Assembly (NCBI GenBank): GCA_965208835.1 | Contig: OZ242358.1 | Coordinates: 3,168,001-3,232,000 of the forward strand | Length of the DNA stretch: 64,000 nucleotides | Reading direction: 5' to 3' | Source of the DNA: Candidatus Latescibacterota bacterium | GTDB taxonomy: Bacteria > Latescibacterota > UBA2968 > GCA-2709665 | Shown: positions 37,188-46,984 of the stretch, in pieces | How the letters are laid out: every line of letters starts with the position of its first letter | Numbering within the stretch: the stretch's first letter is position 1 | Notes under the pieces: generated by a model | What the model was told of the DNA's origin: nothing | What the model saw: only the letters and a program-made list of their open reading frames with translations | The model's database searches: none | Program-made: the position numbers and the translations under genes

Positions 37188-38084
37188 ATGCGTTTCGTGC
37201 TGGTCATTTTTTTTACTATTTTCGGACTCGATTCGCTTTTTCACAGCTCGCGGGTATGGGCGCAGTCTGAGGATGCCAGCCGGCCTCGCTCGGGCTGGTA
37301 CGTCGGCGCGACAATTGGTGTGGGTCAAGCTGGTGACATCGATCAGAATGGCTGGAACAGGGACACGTTCTGCTATCCTACGGACGCCTGTTTCGACCTG
37401 GATCCCATACCCCGTGTCTCCGGCTACCGCTGGGAATACAACGTCGAACCTGACCGCGGCAACGCGCTCGAGATCGCTATAGGACGCGTGTACGATCGAA
37501 AACGGCTGGAACTGTCGGTCGCACAGAAGAAGAACGGCGTCAACCAGGTCTTCCGTAGCGTCACCGATTTCGACGGTGTACGGATGGAGGACCGCCGGGG
37601 CGGGACGATTGCGTCCAACACCCGGGCGTGGATCGACGATCTCGTGGTGCGTTCGTTTTCGCTCAACGCTTACTACGATCTACACGGTGCGCGCGTCGGC
37701 ATCTCACCCTACATAGGCATCGGATTGGGAGCGGCGCAGTTCGTGATGGCCGGGGCGCACTTTTCGAACGACCACCAGGAAACATCGGACAGCCGCCCCG
37801 TTTACGATCCGCCGCTTTCGTTCTACAACAGCCGGCAGGAAGGCGACCTCTCCGACGTCGTTCCGGTATGGAGCGTTCACGCCGGAGTTGATTATTCTTT
37901 GGGCGACAATACGTTGCTGGGATTGAAGCTCACGTATTCGATGACAGGCGACGCGGAAGTCCGCGGTGAATATTCGATACATCCCATGCAGAGCCTGGAC
38001 CCGGACTTCCCCAGTCATAATGCCTTCGCGGGCGCCCGTCACTGGATATTGACGCTGAACGCCAAACGGTTTTTCGGCAACTGA
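37188..38084 (+). CDS. Outer-membrane beta-barrel protein, paralog 2
   Basis: Signal peptide, GWYVG, RLEL, LNAYYD, SPYIGIGLG, AGVDYSL, terminal KRFF. Confidence 0.75.
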   Translation: MRFVLVIFFTIFGLDSLFHSSRVWAQSEDASRPRSGWYVGATIGVGQAGDIDQNGWNRDTFCYPTDACFDLDPIPRVSGYRWEYNVEPDRGNALEIAIGRVYDRKRLELSVAQKKNGVNQVFRSVTDFDGVRMEDRRGGTIASNTRAWIDDLVVRSFSLNAYYDLHGARVGISPYIGIGLGAAQFVMAGAHFSNDHQETSDSRPVYDPPLSFYNSRQEGDLSDVVPVWSVHAGVDYSLGDNTLLGLKLTYSMTGDAEVRGEYSIHPMQSLDPDFPSHNAFAGARHWILTLNAKRFFGN

Positions 38085-38112
38085 ATCAAGACTTGCGGAA
38101 CTGGAGTAAACC

Positions 38113-39414
38113 ATGGGAAAAAAAGGCGATTATCCGGGGTTGTTTGAACTCTACGAACGTGACCCGGACAAGGCCGACAGGCTCCTCTTCGGCCGCGAGA
38201 CCTGTTCCGACAGGCGGGGATTCCTGAAAAACGCGGGTTTGGCGGCGATGGGGGCGATGGTCGGATCCATCATTCCGTTCCATCGCAATATTCCCGCGCA
38301 CTTCATCCCTTCCGTGCTCGCGGGTGAAAGGGTCATTCGCGGTAAAGACGGTCTCGTCGTGATCAACGAACGCCCTCTGAATGCGGAAACTCCCGCCCAC
38401 CTGCTGGATGACGCCATTACGCCGACGGCAAGGCATTTTATCCGGAATAACGGCGTTCCCCCGGTAAACACGGATGCGGCCGGATGGATGCTGGCCATCG
38501 ACGGCCTGGTGGACAGACCGACGATGATGGGCATCGACGACCTCAAAAGGAAGTTCGACGTTGTCACGCGCGCGCTGGTGCTGGAGTGCGGCGGCAACGG
38601 CCGCGCATTTTTCGATCCGCCCGCGAAGGGAGACCCGTGGACCTACGGCGCCGTTGGCTGCTCGGAATGGACGGGCGTACGGCTCGCCGACGTCCTCAAG
38701 GCCGCTGGCGTCAAGGCGAACGTCGTCTACACCGCGCACGAAGGCGCCGACACCCACCTCTCCGGGGAGGCAGGCAAGTTGCCCCTGTCCCGGGGCGTGC
38801 CGATCGTGAAGGCCATGGACGAACACAATCTGATCGCCTTCGAGCAGAACGGAAAACCCATCCATCCGATGAACGGCGCCCCGCTGCGCATGATCGTGCC
38901 GGGGTGGCCCGGGTCCTGCTCGCAGAAGTGGCTGACCCGCATCCGGCTGCGGGACCGGGTCCACGACGGCCCGAAAATGACCGGCACGTCCTACCGGGTA
39001 CCCAATCGTCCGATTGCACGCGGCGAGAAAGTGGATGAGAAGGACTTCGACATCATACACAGCATGCCGGTAAAGTCTCTGATCACGAGTCCGGTCGACG
39101 GGCATAGAACGGACGGCAGGTCGCTGACCGTCCGCGGACACGCGTGGGCCGGCGATCGGCGGGTGGACTCCGTGCACCTTTCGATCGACTTCGGCACTTC
39201 GTGGATGAAGGCGAAGCTGGACGAGCCGGTGAACGCGTTCGCCTGGCAAAACTGGCAGGCCAGAGTCACGTTTCCTCAGGCGGGATATTACGAGGTCTGG
39301 GCCAAAGCCACCGACTCGCACGGCGCAAGCCAGCCGCACGCGATCGCCTGGAACCCGCGGGGCTATCTCAATAACACGATGCACCGCGTTGCGGTGACGG
39401 TTGATGGAGCGTAG
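38113..39414 (+). CDS. Tat-exported sulfite oxidase family molybdoenzyme (SorA/SorT/SoxC-like)
   Basis: SDRRGFLK Tat motif, PLNAETP, FIRNNG, ECGGNGR, WTGV-L-DVL, GAPLR--VPGWPG---QKW, VKSLI, GHAWAG. Confidence 0.9.
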   Translation: MGKKGDYPGLFELYERDPDKADRLLFGRETCSDRRGFLKNAGLAAMGAMVGSIIPFHRNIPAHFIPSVLAGERVIRGKDGLVVINERPLNAETPAHLLDDAITPTARHFIRNNGVPPVNTDAAGWMLAIDGLVDRPTMMGIDDLKRKFDVVTRALVLECGGNGRAFFDPPAKGDPWTYGAVGCSEWTGVRLADVLKAAGVKANVVYTAHEGADTHLSGEAGKLPLSRGVPIVKAMDEHNLIAFEQNGKPIHPMNGAPLRMIVPGWPGSCSQKWLTRIRLRDRVHDGPKMTGTSYRVPNRPIARGEKVDEKDFDIIHSMPVKSLITSPVDGHRTDGRSLTVRGHAWAGDRRVDSVHLSIDFGTSWMKAKLDEPVNAFAWQNWQARVTFPQAGYYEVWAKATDSHGASQPHAIAWNPRGYLNNTMHRVAVTVDGA

Positions 39415-39640
39415 AAGGAAGAAGGAAAAAGGAAGAAAGGCGGGGAGACGGGAGAAGGTAGAAGGGAGAAGAAATCCTTGCCCGGTAGGTTTTTCCTACT
39501 TGCCTCCGGCAGGAGAAGAAACCTCACGAGGCAGGCAATATCTCCCCTCTTCCGTCTTACTTCTCACCGGTTTTTTGGGGCCGGGGAGAGAGGTCTGGGC
39601 GGTGCGGAGCGGTGGATCTTGATCTTGCCTTTCGCTTTTG
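39415..39640 (+). repeat. Long-hairpin repeat family B, copy 2
   Basis: Begins right after TAG 39414. Core TTGCCCGGTAGGTTTTTCCTACTTGCCTCCGGCAGGAGAAGAAACCTCACGAGGCAGG, then GGGGCCGGGGAGAG. Confidence 0.75.
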
Positions 39641-39678
39641 GCTGACGGCTGACCGCTGATAGCTGATGGCTGATGGCT
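39641..39678. repeat. Heptamer tandem repeat (GCTGAYN) x5
   Basis: GCTGACG GCTGACC GCTGATA GCTGATG GCTGATG GCT. Confidence 0.85.
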
Positions 39679-39710
39679 TCCGTTAAAATATCCCGATCGG
39701 GCCGTTTCTT

Positions 39711-40418
39711 ATGAAACTCACATCGGAGCAGGTCCACCTGTTTCGCCACAACGGATTCCTCAAATTGAAAGACCGGCTTCCTGAGGAGCAGTCGGCAAAG
39801 CTCAGAAAGGCGATCTGGAGGAATATTCGCGAGGAGGTGGAACCGGCCGTGCGGGACCCCGAAGGACGGATCATACGCCTTTCGGGCATCGCGGACAGAG
39901 ACCCTGTTTTCCTCGAAACCGCCACCTGTCCGATCGTCCTGGATCCCCTGGAATCACTTCTGGGCCCCAACATCGAATTCATCAGAAACCGGCACAACCA
40001 CGCCACGCTCCGGCTGGCCTCTGAGGACCGACCCGAGAGAATGCACCGCGACGTCAGGCAGTGGTCCAGGACGATCGTCACGGTGATCTTCTATCTGGAG
40101 GAAACAACCGTGGAAAACGGATGCACGCTGGTCGTGCCCGGCTCCCACCAGTTCCCGGGCGTCGGCGGCCGTCTGTACGACGAATCCTGGACCCTGGATC
40201 TCCTGGACCAGGCCCTGCCCGCGCCAATGCCCGAAGGCGGAATGCTCGTCATCGACAGCATGATCATGCACGGCGTCGGGCAGAATCACACGGACGGCAC
40301 AAGGATGAGTATGACCATGGGCTACCACAGCGTGGACGAAATCGCCGACATGGAGAATCCTCACCGTATGCTGGTGCGCGGAGAACGGCCCTACGACGGC
40401 AACGTACCCCGGACTTAG
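39711..40418 (+). CDS. PhyH-family Fe/2OG dioxygenase
   Basis: FRHNGFL, MHRD, YLEETTVENGC--VPGSH, MHG, R motifs. Confidence 0.87.
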   Translation: MKLTSEQVHLFRHNGFLKLKDRLPEEQSAKLRKAIWRNIREEVEPAVRDPEGRIIRLSGIADRDPVFLETATCPIVLDPLESLLGPNIEFIRNRHNHATLRLASEDRPERMHRDVRQWSRTIVTVIFYLEETTVENGCTLVVPGSHQFPGVGGRLYDESWTLDLLDQALPAPMPEGGMLVIDSMIMHGVGQNHTDGTRMSMTMGYHSVDEIADMENPHRMLVRGERPYDGNVPRT

Positions 40419-40685
40419 TAGTCAGGAGACAGCGTGCTCCGGCTCCGAGACGGGAAAGACCCCCGTGTCCATTCTCCTCCTATTCCCAGCATTTAGCCGG
40501 CTATTCGATCGGTAACGAATCACCGATGGCATAGCCTTCGTATTTCTATGAATGTCGCAGATAACGTGCATTTCTCAGGTGTGATTTGCGATCAGGCCTG
40601 GCATTCTGTATCTTGCATTAAATGTGACGTCGATTGTTGACTGGATTGATGCACCTTGGACCTCCGTACGGGAAGCCTTCAGTGT

Positions 40686-41024
40686 ATGAACGCGAGAGTG
40701 CAGAAAATATCAGAACCGCTCCTGGACGAGATCGCCAGAAAAATCGTCGATCACTTTCATCCAGATCAAATCATCCTCTTTGGCTCTCATGCATATGGTG
40801 TGCCGAAGGAGGATAGCGATCTGGATCTGCTGGTCATTATGGAATCGGATTTGCGTCCGACAGAGCGAAGCGCCGCGATTGTCAGCATCTGTCGCCCCAG
40901 ATACGTCGCAATGGATATTGTCGTCCGTACACCTGAAGAAATCCGGACCCGCATGCGAGACTTCGATCCATTTCTCGAGGAAATTTTCAAACTTGGACGC
41001 ACCCTCTACAAGTCACCCGGGTGA
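40686..41024 (+). CDS. Minimal nucleotidyltransferase (MNT) antitoxin
   Basis: PDQIILFGSHAYG-P--DSDLDLLVI, DIVVRTPEE, GRTLY. Confidence 0.85.
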   Translation: MNARVQKISEPLLDEIARKIVDHFHPDQIILFGSHAYGVPKEDSDLDLLVIMESDLRPTERSAAIVSICRPRYVAMDIVVRTPEEIRTRMRDFDPFLEEIFKLGRTLYKSPG

Positions 41025-41052
41025 AACAGACGCGTGGGTCTATAAAGCGTAA
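41008..41052 (+). pseudogene. Probable HEPN toxin 5' remnant
   Basis: Frame reads TSHPGETDAWVYKA*E (W-x-x-KA-E helix pattern). ACA stands where the coupled ATG sits in the first MNT module. Confidence 0.45.
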
Positions 41053-41062
41053 GAAGCAGTGG

Positions 41063-41587
41063 CTATCTTTCCAGCTTTACCGATTCAGCATGTCCCACCC
41101 ATTTCTCAGTGAGCGAGAAAATCACGGTTTCGTGACAAACTACAACTATGCGCTCGAAGTCTCTGTATCGATCCAGAACACGAGTGACTCGCGCGCGGAC
41201 GCTCGATAGTGGCTCCCAGTCTCTCGTCTCTCCGGACGGCCATTCGCCTCCGAGCGACAGCATCTCAACTACGGTCTTATCGACGAGTTCAAGCGAAGGT
41301 CGCCACGCGCATACCCATTCGTGCAGATCGAACTCGACGCGAAGATCGAGATCGAGAATCCGGCTGATGAGGTTGGCCGACTGGAACGCACGTGTCATGG
41401 GAGACGAAATAACCAGTTGATAATCTTCGGCTTCGAGAGATACTGATGCGTTCTCAATCTCGCGAATTCCATTCGGGGTCAGTGGGACGATGTGTGCCGC
41501 CCAGCCGACCTCCGCGCCCTTCAGACTGCCGCCGGGGGCCAGGGGCCAGTCCGGTTCGCCGTGCCGGATGAGATGGAACGTCGTCAT
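41063..41587 (-). CDS. Histidine phosphatase (phosphoglycerate mutase) family protein
   Basis: LIRHGE, LTPNG, SSPMTRA, DLHE, VVCH. Confidence 0.88.
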   Translation of the reverse strand: MTTFHLIRHGEPDWPLAPGGSLKGAEVGWAAHIVPLTPNGIREIENASVSLEAEDYQLVISSPMTRAFQSANLISRILDLDLRVEFDLHEWVCAWRPSLELVDKTVVEMLSLGGEWPSGETRDWEPLSSVRARVTRVLDRYRDFERIVVVCHETVIFSLTEKWVGHAESVKLER

Positions 41588-41605
41588 TCAACACATGCTC
41601 CCGGT

Positions 41606-42370
41606 TCAGGATTTTCTGCCCGCGATCAACAGCTTCTGGGGAAGACCCTGAAGCGGCGCGCCTTCCCATCCCTCAGCCTCATCCCCGATTTCCTCGAATC
41701 TGATCAGATCGACGCCCTGCTCGATGACGGCCCTGAGGTACTCGGAAACCGTCCAGTGAAATTCGAACTGCTTCACTTCACCGGGCGCCTTATCGAGGAC
41801 ATCCCTGGATGCAGAGTATTCGTGCGGGCCGTTGTCAAAATAGCTGAAACCGACTTCCAGCGACGATGCCTGACCCTTCCAGATACGTCGGAACGGATGG
41901 TACTCGTTGATCAGAAACAACCCCTTCCGGCGCAGGATCCGAATTGCCTCCCGGTAATAGGCTCGCAGGTCACTGACCCACACCGCCACGTGACCCCCAG
42001 TGTACACGATGTCGAAGCTGGCGTCTTCCAGACATCCAAGGTCAGCAACGTCCGACTCGACGAACTCGATGGTCAGACCCAGTTCGTGGGCGCGCCGTTC
42101 CGCCACCGCCAGTTGTTCCACCGAAATGTCGACGGACGTGACCCTTGCGCCCATACCGGCGAACGCGAAGACTGCCAGGTTGTCGCCGCTGCCCAGCACG
42201 CAGACGTCCTTTCCTTCCGCATCCCCAATCAGATCCATCTCTTGCGGCAGGAAGACCTGTTCGGGCTGCATGTGTGCAATTCGCCACGTGCCGCGGCGGT
42301 CGTGCATGGCAGCCCACGTTTCTGCCCCGAAGTTCCAGCGGTCCCGGTTTGCGTGGTGATATTCGTTCAC
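41606..42370 (-). CDS. Class I SAM-dependent methyltransferase
   Basis: VCVLGSGD, VTSVDIS, FDIVY, EYHP. GTG start with GAGGGAG RBS. Confidence 0.85.
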   Translation of the reverse strand: MNEYHHANRDRWNFGAETWAAMHDRRGTWRIAHMQPEQVFLPQEMDLIGDAEGKDVCVLGSGDNLAVFAFAGMGARVTSVDISVEQLAVAERRAHELGLTIEFVESDVADLGCLEDASFDIVYTGGHVAVWVSDLRAYYREAIRILRRKGLFLINEYHPFRRIWKGQASSLEVGFSYFDNGPHEYSASRDVLDKAPGEVKQFEFHWTVSEYLRAVIEQGVDLIRFEEIGDEAEGWEGAPLQGLPQKLLIAGRKS

Positions 42371-42449
42371 TATCTCCCTCTCTACTGTCAGCAAGGATCG
42401 TACTTCGACGCAATCCGCTTCAAAGTCGGCTGTGGTCTGGACTTCGCAA

Positions 42450-44528
42450 TCATTGCGTGGTGCCCAGCACCTCCACGTAAGCGTCGTACAGACTCTGTAT
42501 CTTCTCCACGTAGTGTACGGGCTGGCCGCCGCGGCAGTATCCGTAGCGCGCCCGCTCGTAATAGGCCGGCTGCGAAAGCAGGCGCATCGCCTGGTCCACG
42601 TGGCCGAACCATCGGTTGGCGTCCCATCCCTTTTCGCGCGCCAGGCGGCGGGCATCCAGCAGATGTCCGTAGCCGACGTTATAGGACGCCAGCGCAAAGT
42701 GAATCCGCGACTGGATCGGGATCTCCAGGTCGAATCGCCGGATCAGCTGATGCATGTACTTCGTGCCGGCATGAATGCCCTCCTCCGGGTCCTCCAGGTT
42801 TTCGAAACCCAACTGCAGCCCCGTGCTGGGCATCACCTGCATCAATCCCCTCGCGCCGACCCAACTGACGGCATTGGGATCGAACTTGGATTCCTGATAC
42901 ATCTGCGCGGTGATCAGGCGCCAGTCCTGACTGTATCGCTTCGCGTACTTTTTCGCAAGATCGTCATACGGCGACAACTGTCCGCTAATGCCGACCCGCG
43001 TTGAATCCTTTGCTCTCGCGATCCGTCGAGGGTTCTCGAAATACCGCTTCTTCATCATATTGAAGTAAAGTCCGCCTTTTTCGCGCCGGATGTACTCGTT
43101 CAGCGACCCCAGAAGGGCCGGATTGCCTTTGCGAACTGCCCAGCCCAGCGTCGTGGATTTGACGCTGAAGGCGGCCTTGAGTCTCAAACCATACGTTCGT
43201 TCCACGTCGAACAGGTTGGAATCGGCAATTGTCAGGTCATAAAGGCCGGACTCGACCCCCGCCATAATCTCTTCGGTCTCGACGTCTTCGGGTAGTTTGA
43301 CGATCCGGAGGTCTTCCACGGAATCCTGTAACGCCTTCAGCGTCGCGTAGAAGGAAGAACTCCCACGCACGTGGAACGTCCGGCCCGCCAGATCCCGGAT
43401 TGACTCAATCGAATCGTCGTCCTCACGCACGACGACGATTTCTTCCACTTCGTTATAGGGCTGCGTAAAGTCCGCCGCCCGCTGTCGTTCCGGGGTTATG
43501 GTCATCGCCGCGGCCACCACGTCTCCCTTGCCGTCGTTCAGATCGGACAACAGTTCGGCATGGGATTTCGGTATAACGATCTCCAGACGCAGGCCGTGTT
43601 CCGAGGCGAATTTTTTCATCAACTCGTACTCGTATCCGACCTGCAGGCCCCGGTGGATGAAATACGTCATTGCGTTGTTGCGCGTGATCATACGAAGCCG
43701 GCCGCGCTCGATCAGACCAGGGAGATCGTCCGTGAATTCCTGCTGCCGCTCTCGAGAAAAGTGCCGGGCCTGCAGAAACTCATCCACCCTGGTCTTGAGC
43801 TCGGTATCTTCCGGCCGCATCATCACCGCGATCGGGCGGCCCTTCGCCAGCACGAGCGGCGTTGTCAGGCTGTCATAGTAACTGGACAGGGCATGCCACA
43901 GATGCGAATCGGACAACGTGGCTTCGTATTCGCCCTTGGCGACGCCATCCAGCAATGCTTCGATGTTCTGGGTTTCGGGAGCGGTCCGGATTCGCAGGGT
44001 CGGTACCTGCCGCTGGAGATTGACGAGCGTCTGATAGTACGAGCTCGAACGCCGCACGCTGATTTCCATGCCCGCGAGGTCATCGACCGTCCGCGGTTGT
44101 TTGCCGCCCGTTCTGGTGACCAGGTATTCGTCCACGTACATATAGGGGACCGAAAACGCCGCTTGCTTCTGGCGTTCGGGCGTTATGGTCAAGCTGGCCA
44201 CAACCACATCGCCTTCCCCCTCCAGCAACTTAACCATCATCTCCGAAAAATCCCCAACCTCAACGAGCACCGGCTGCAGATCGAGAGCCTCGGCAAGCTC
44301 CCGCGCGATGTCGTAGGCGAGCGTTACCTGCTCCCCGTGCCGTGGCAGATATTCGATCGCCTCGAGAGGGACGATCGCCCTCAGTCTACCTCTTGAAACC
44401 AACTCGGAAAGGTCGCCGGTGTATTTCGGCGCAGAAGCCGACGACGAGGAATTATCGGGTTCGCTGCATTGAAGCAGGACGCACACGGCGCCCAGCAGCG
44501 GCAGCAGCGCACCGATCTGACGTTTCAT
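42450..44528 (-). CDS. mltF: MltF-like lytic transglycosylase with tandem substrate-binding (family 3) modules
   Basis: Two repeats of GDL--L--RGRLR...G-GDVV...TITPERQ...V---SS-Y. SLT domain with YQESKF, GARGLMQ, ASYNVGYGH. Confidence 0.88.
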   Translation of the reverse strand: MKRQIGALLPLLGAVCVLLQCSEPDNSSSSASAPKYTGDLSELVSRGRLRAIVPLEAIEYLPRHGEQVTLAYDIARELAEALDLQPVLVEVGDFSEMMVKLLEGEGDVVVASLTITPERQKQAAFSVPYMYVDEYLVTRTGGKQPRTVDDLAGMEISVRRSSSYYQTLVNLQRQVPTLRIRTAPETQNIEALLDGVAKGEYEATLSDSHLWHALSSYYDSLTTPLVLAKGRPIAVMMRPEDTELKTRVDEFLQARHFSRERQQEFTDDLPGLIERGRLRMITRNNAMTYFIHRGLQVGYEYELMKKFASEHGLRLEIVIPKSHAELLSDLNDGKGDVVAAAMTITPERQRAADFTQPYNEVEEIVVVREDDDSIESIRDLAGRTFHVRGSSSFYATLKALQDSVEDLRIVKLPEDVETEEIMAGVESGLYDLTIADSNLFDVERTYGLRLKAAFSVKSTTLGWAVRKGNPALLGSLNEYIRREKGGLYFNMMKKRYFENPRRIARAKDSTRVGISGQLSPYDDLAKKYAKRYSQDWRLITAQMYQESKFDPNAVSWVGARGLMQVMPSTGLQLGFENLEDPEEGIHAGTKYMHQLIRRFDLEIPIQSRIHFALASYNVGYGHLLDARRLAREKGWDANRWFGHVDQAMRLLSQPAYYERARYGYCRGGQPVHYVEKIQSLYDAYVEVLGTTQ

Positions 44529-44731
44529 TTGAATCTCCTGATCTGGATGTGTCGCTTTAAATCCACTCTCCCTTAAACGTCGGATTACTCGATGAAGTTG
44601 CCTTCATGACAATGCGTTACCACATTGGATCCAATTCCATGCGGTGGCATCCACGCTGCCCATATCCGTAGCGGCCCTCTCGCCAATTCGATCACTCCGC
44701 ATTAATCGGGAGTCGTCGACGCGGGCACCTG

Positions 44732-45544
44732 TCAGTCGCCCGGCTTCTGTCCGATGTAGAGGATGTGCCTGGACGAAGCGACGATGCTCTGTTCCTCGCT
44801 GATTTCGAACAGCAGATTCCGCCACAGTTCTCGCTGATTTCCCCGCAGGTTGTTATAGCTTTCATCGTCCGAAGCAATCGCGGGCTCCACCCCGGCAATA
44901 TTCAGTGTTTGGAATCCCGCGCGTTCATGCATGGGGGCGACTTCCTCATAGCGAACGAAATACCCGCGGAAGCCGCCACGCGGCGCATCATCTGGGCGAT
45001 GGCCGTCGCTGATCAGGGACCGGACCTCACCATGCCTCTCAATCCACGCAGGGCTATTCCTTATCAGGTCTCCTAAGATGCCGAATCTGGAAATCATGGT
45101 CGAGAAGACCACGCCCCCGGGTTTCAGGCGCTCGAAGGCGGATTTCAGAGCCGTCGTCCGATCGGTTTCAGCTACCAGGTGGTACAGTGGGCCCATCAGG
45201 AGAACGGCGTCGAACTGTCCGCGTGGAATCCCGTCCAGGGTGCGCGCATCGCCGGTACGGAAATCGGTCCGCTCGGCAAGACCCAGCGCCTCCGCCTTCG
45301 CACTGCACCGGGCGACGAACCCGTCGGCGATGTCCACAGAGGTAATCCGGTAGCCCCGCTTTGCCAGTGGAAAGGTATAAAACCCCGTGCCGAAGCCGAC
45401 TTCCAGAAGTCTCCCGCGGGAAGGGAGGTAATGGTCCAGGTATCGCCACGTCAAATCCGCTTCCAACTGATGGCGCGTAAGGCGGTCATCCTCGGCGTCC
45501 CAGCCGGCGTTGTAAAATTCGCGTATGTCGGTCACGTCGTCCAT
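44732..45544 (-). CDS. Class I SAM-dependent methyltransferase
   Basis: LLEVGFGTG, GDAR, FDAVLLMGPLYHL, LKPGG. Confidence 0.88.
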   Translation of the reverse strand: MDDVTDIREFYNAGWDAEDDRLTRHQLEADLTWRYLDHYLPSRGRLLEVGFGTGFYTFPLAKRGYRITSVDIADGFVARCSAKAEALGLAERTDFRTGDARTLDGIPRGQFDAVLLMGPLYHLVAETDRTTALKSAFERLKPGGVVFSTMISRFGILGDLIRNSPAWIERHGEVRSLISDGHRPDDAPRGGFRGYFVRYEEVAPMHERAGFQTLNIAGVEPAIASDDESYNNLRGNQRELWRNLLFEISEEQSIVASSRHILYIGQKPGD

Positions 45545-45689
45545 AGATTCGTCTTGATTCGTATTATTGTCGCCCGCGAGTTGCCTATTCGCGATACCTG
45601 GTCATGCACCGCCACAGATCGGCGTCGGACCACGGGCGGGAGTGTTGGTCCGAAGCCTATTTCGGCACGGGTTCATCTGACTATTCCAA

Positions 45690-46328
45690 TCAAGGCTTGT
45701 CGTACATTGACAGGTCGTCCCAGTCCTCCCGCATCTGCGGTCGTGCCAGCTTCGCATCGGGACGCCAGATCTCCCACCCCTCCGCATACAGCCCTCCGGG
45801 ACCCTCTATTTCGTCAACGGCGCGTTTACCTTCGTTCAACACCGCCCTGCCCGCTACCGGTGTCATCCGACCCTGGCTGACCGCGAGATCAAGCTCATCC
45901 CGATCTTTCCATTTCCAGCTTCGGTCCGGATCGACAATTACATCCAGCTGATGATCTCTGAAATCGAAGCCCAGCCGCGTACGTGTAAGCATGCTCTGAA
46001 GATTGACGTACCAGCCCTGAAATACGCCATCGGCAGACCACCTCACCCACGTTGCGCGGTTTTCGCCCGGCCGGACGATTATCAGAAGCTCCGCCCACCG
46101 CCAGACCGAATCATCAAGAGTCCAGGTCCGGTTCACCCAGTCCCGCGGCCTGTCCGGAGTATCTGGAGACAACACGGGCTTTTTGGCTGGCGTCCCCACC
46201 GGAAGCCATAGCACATTCCTGGCGTCGGAATCCTCGACGACGGTGACGGGTTTCACGTCGATGATCCGGCCGTTCTCGTCGAGCTCACGGTAGAGGATCG
46301 CGTCTCCGCAACGGAACCTGGCGTTCAC
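45690..46328 (-). CDS. DUF402 family protein
   Basis: PVTVVED, GWYVNL, D--DHQLDVIV-PD--WKWKD-DEL. Likely start is GTG 46328. Confidence 0.8.
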   Translation of the reverse strand: MNARFRCGDAILYRELDENGRIIDVKPVTVVEDSDARNVLWLPVGTPAKKPVLSPDTPDRPRDWVNRTWTLDDSVWRWAELLIIVRPGENRATWVRWSADGVFQGWYVNLQSMLTRTRLGFDFRDHQLDVIVDPDRSWKWKDRDELDLAVSQGRMTPVAGRAVLNEGKRAVDEIEGPGGLYAEGWEIWRPDAKLARPQMREDWDDLSMYDKP

Positions 46329-46392
46329 TGGATCGCTCCTTCTCGATAGAACGGACTCCGCCGCATATCGAAATGTGCGAAACGACAACCGT

Positions 46393-46863
46393 TCAATCCG
46401 AATAGGCTGCTGCGGCGTTGGCCGGGTCTCCCGAATCCAGATTTGCGTTTTCGACGAACCATTGCGAGTTCGCGTACAGCGCCATGACCGACTTGTGGCT
46501 GAGAAACCCTTCTCGTCGGTAGAAATCCTGCTGTCCGTGGACACACGCGAGGATCACCCTGGGAACGGCGAGTTTCCGGAGGATCGATCTCAAGATCGCC
46601 CTGCCGACACCCTGGCGCTGATATTCCGGCGCAACGACAAGCTCGCAGACGGTCGCAGGCGCCTCGTCGTCCGAAATCGTCCGTCCGCCGCCAACCAGCG
46701 CTGCTCCGCTGAAGGCAAAACAGCTGATTTCGCTATCGGCGTACGCGCGACGGAGTCTTCCCGGATCGAGCTTTCCCAGAGGGGCCCGCTTGTAGACTTC
46801 CGCGAGGTCCTTCCAATTGACGCCCTTTGCATCCTCCTTATAGACGATCTCATACGTCGACAT
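46393..46863 (-). CDS. GNAT family acetyltransferase
   Basis: LVVAPEYQRQGVGR, FYRREGF. Confidence 0.87.
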   Translation of the reverse strand: MSTYEIVYKEDAKGVNWKDLAEVYKRAPLGKLDPGRLRRAYADSEISCFAFSGAALVGGGRTISDDEAPATVCELVVAPEYQRQGVGRAILRSILRKLAVPRVILACVHGQQDFYRREGFLSHKSVMALYANSQWFVENANLDSGDPANAAAAYSD

Positions 46864-46984
46864 GTTTCCCCCAGTTGAATTGAAGCGTTCTGCGCGTGAA
46901 ACGCGTAACCTGTTTATGTCGGCGAATTATCAATGTGGGTTGTGTACAGACCGGTCGTTCCGGTCGGTGAGGTTGTTGTGTACG

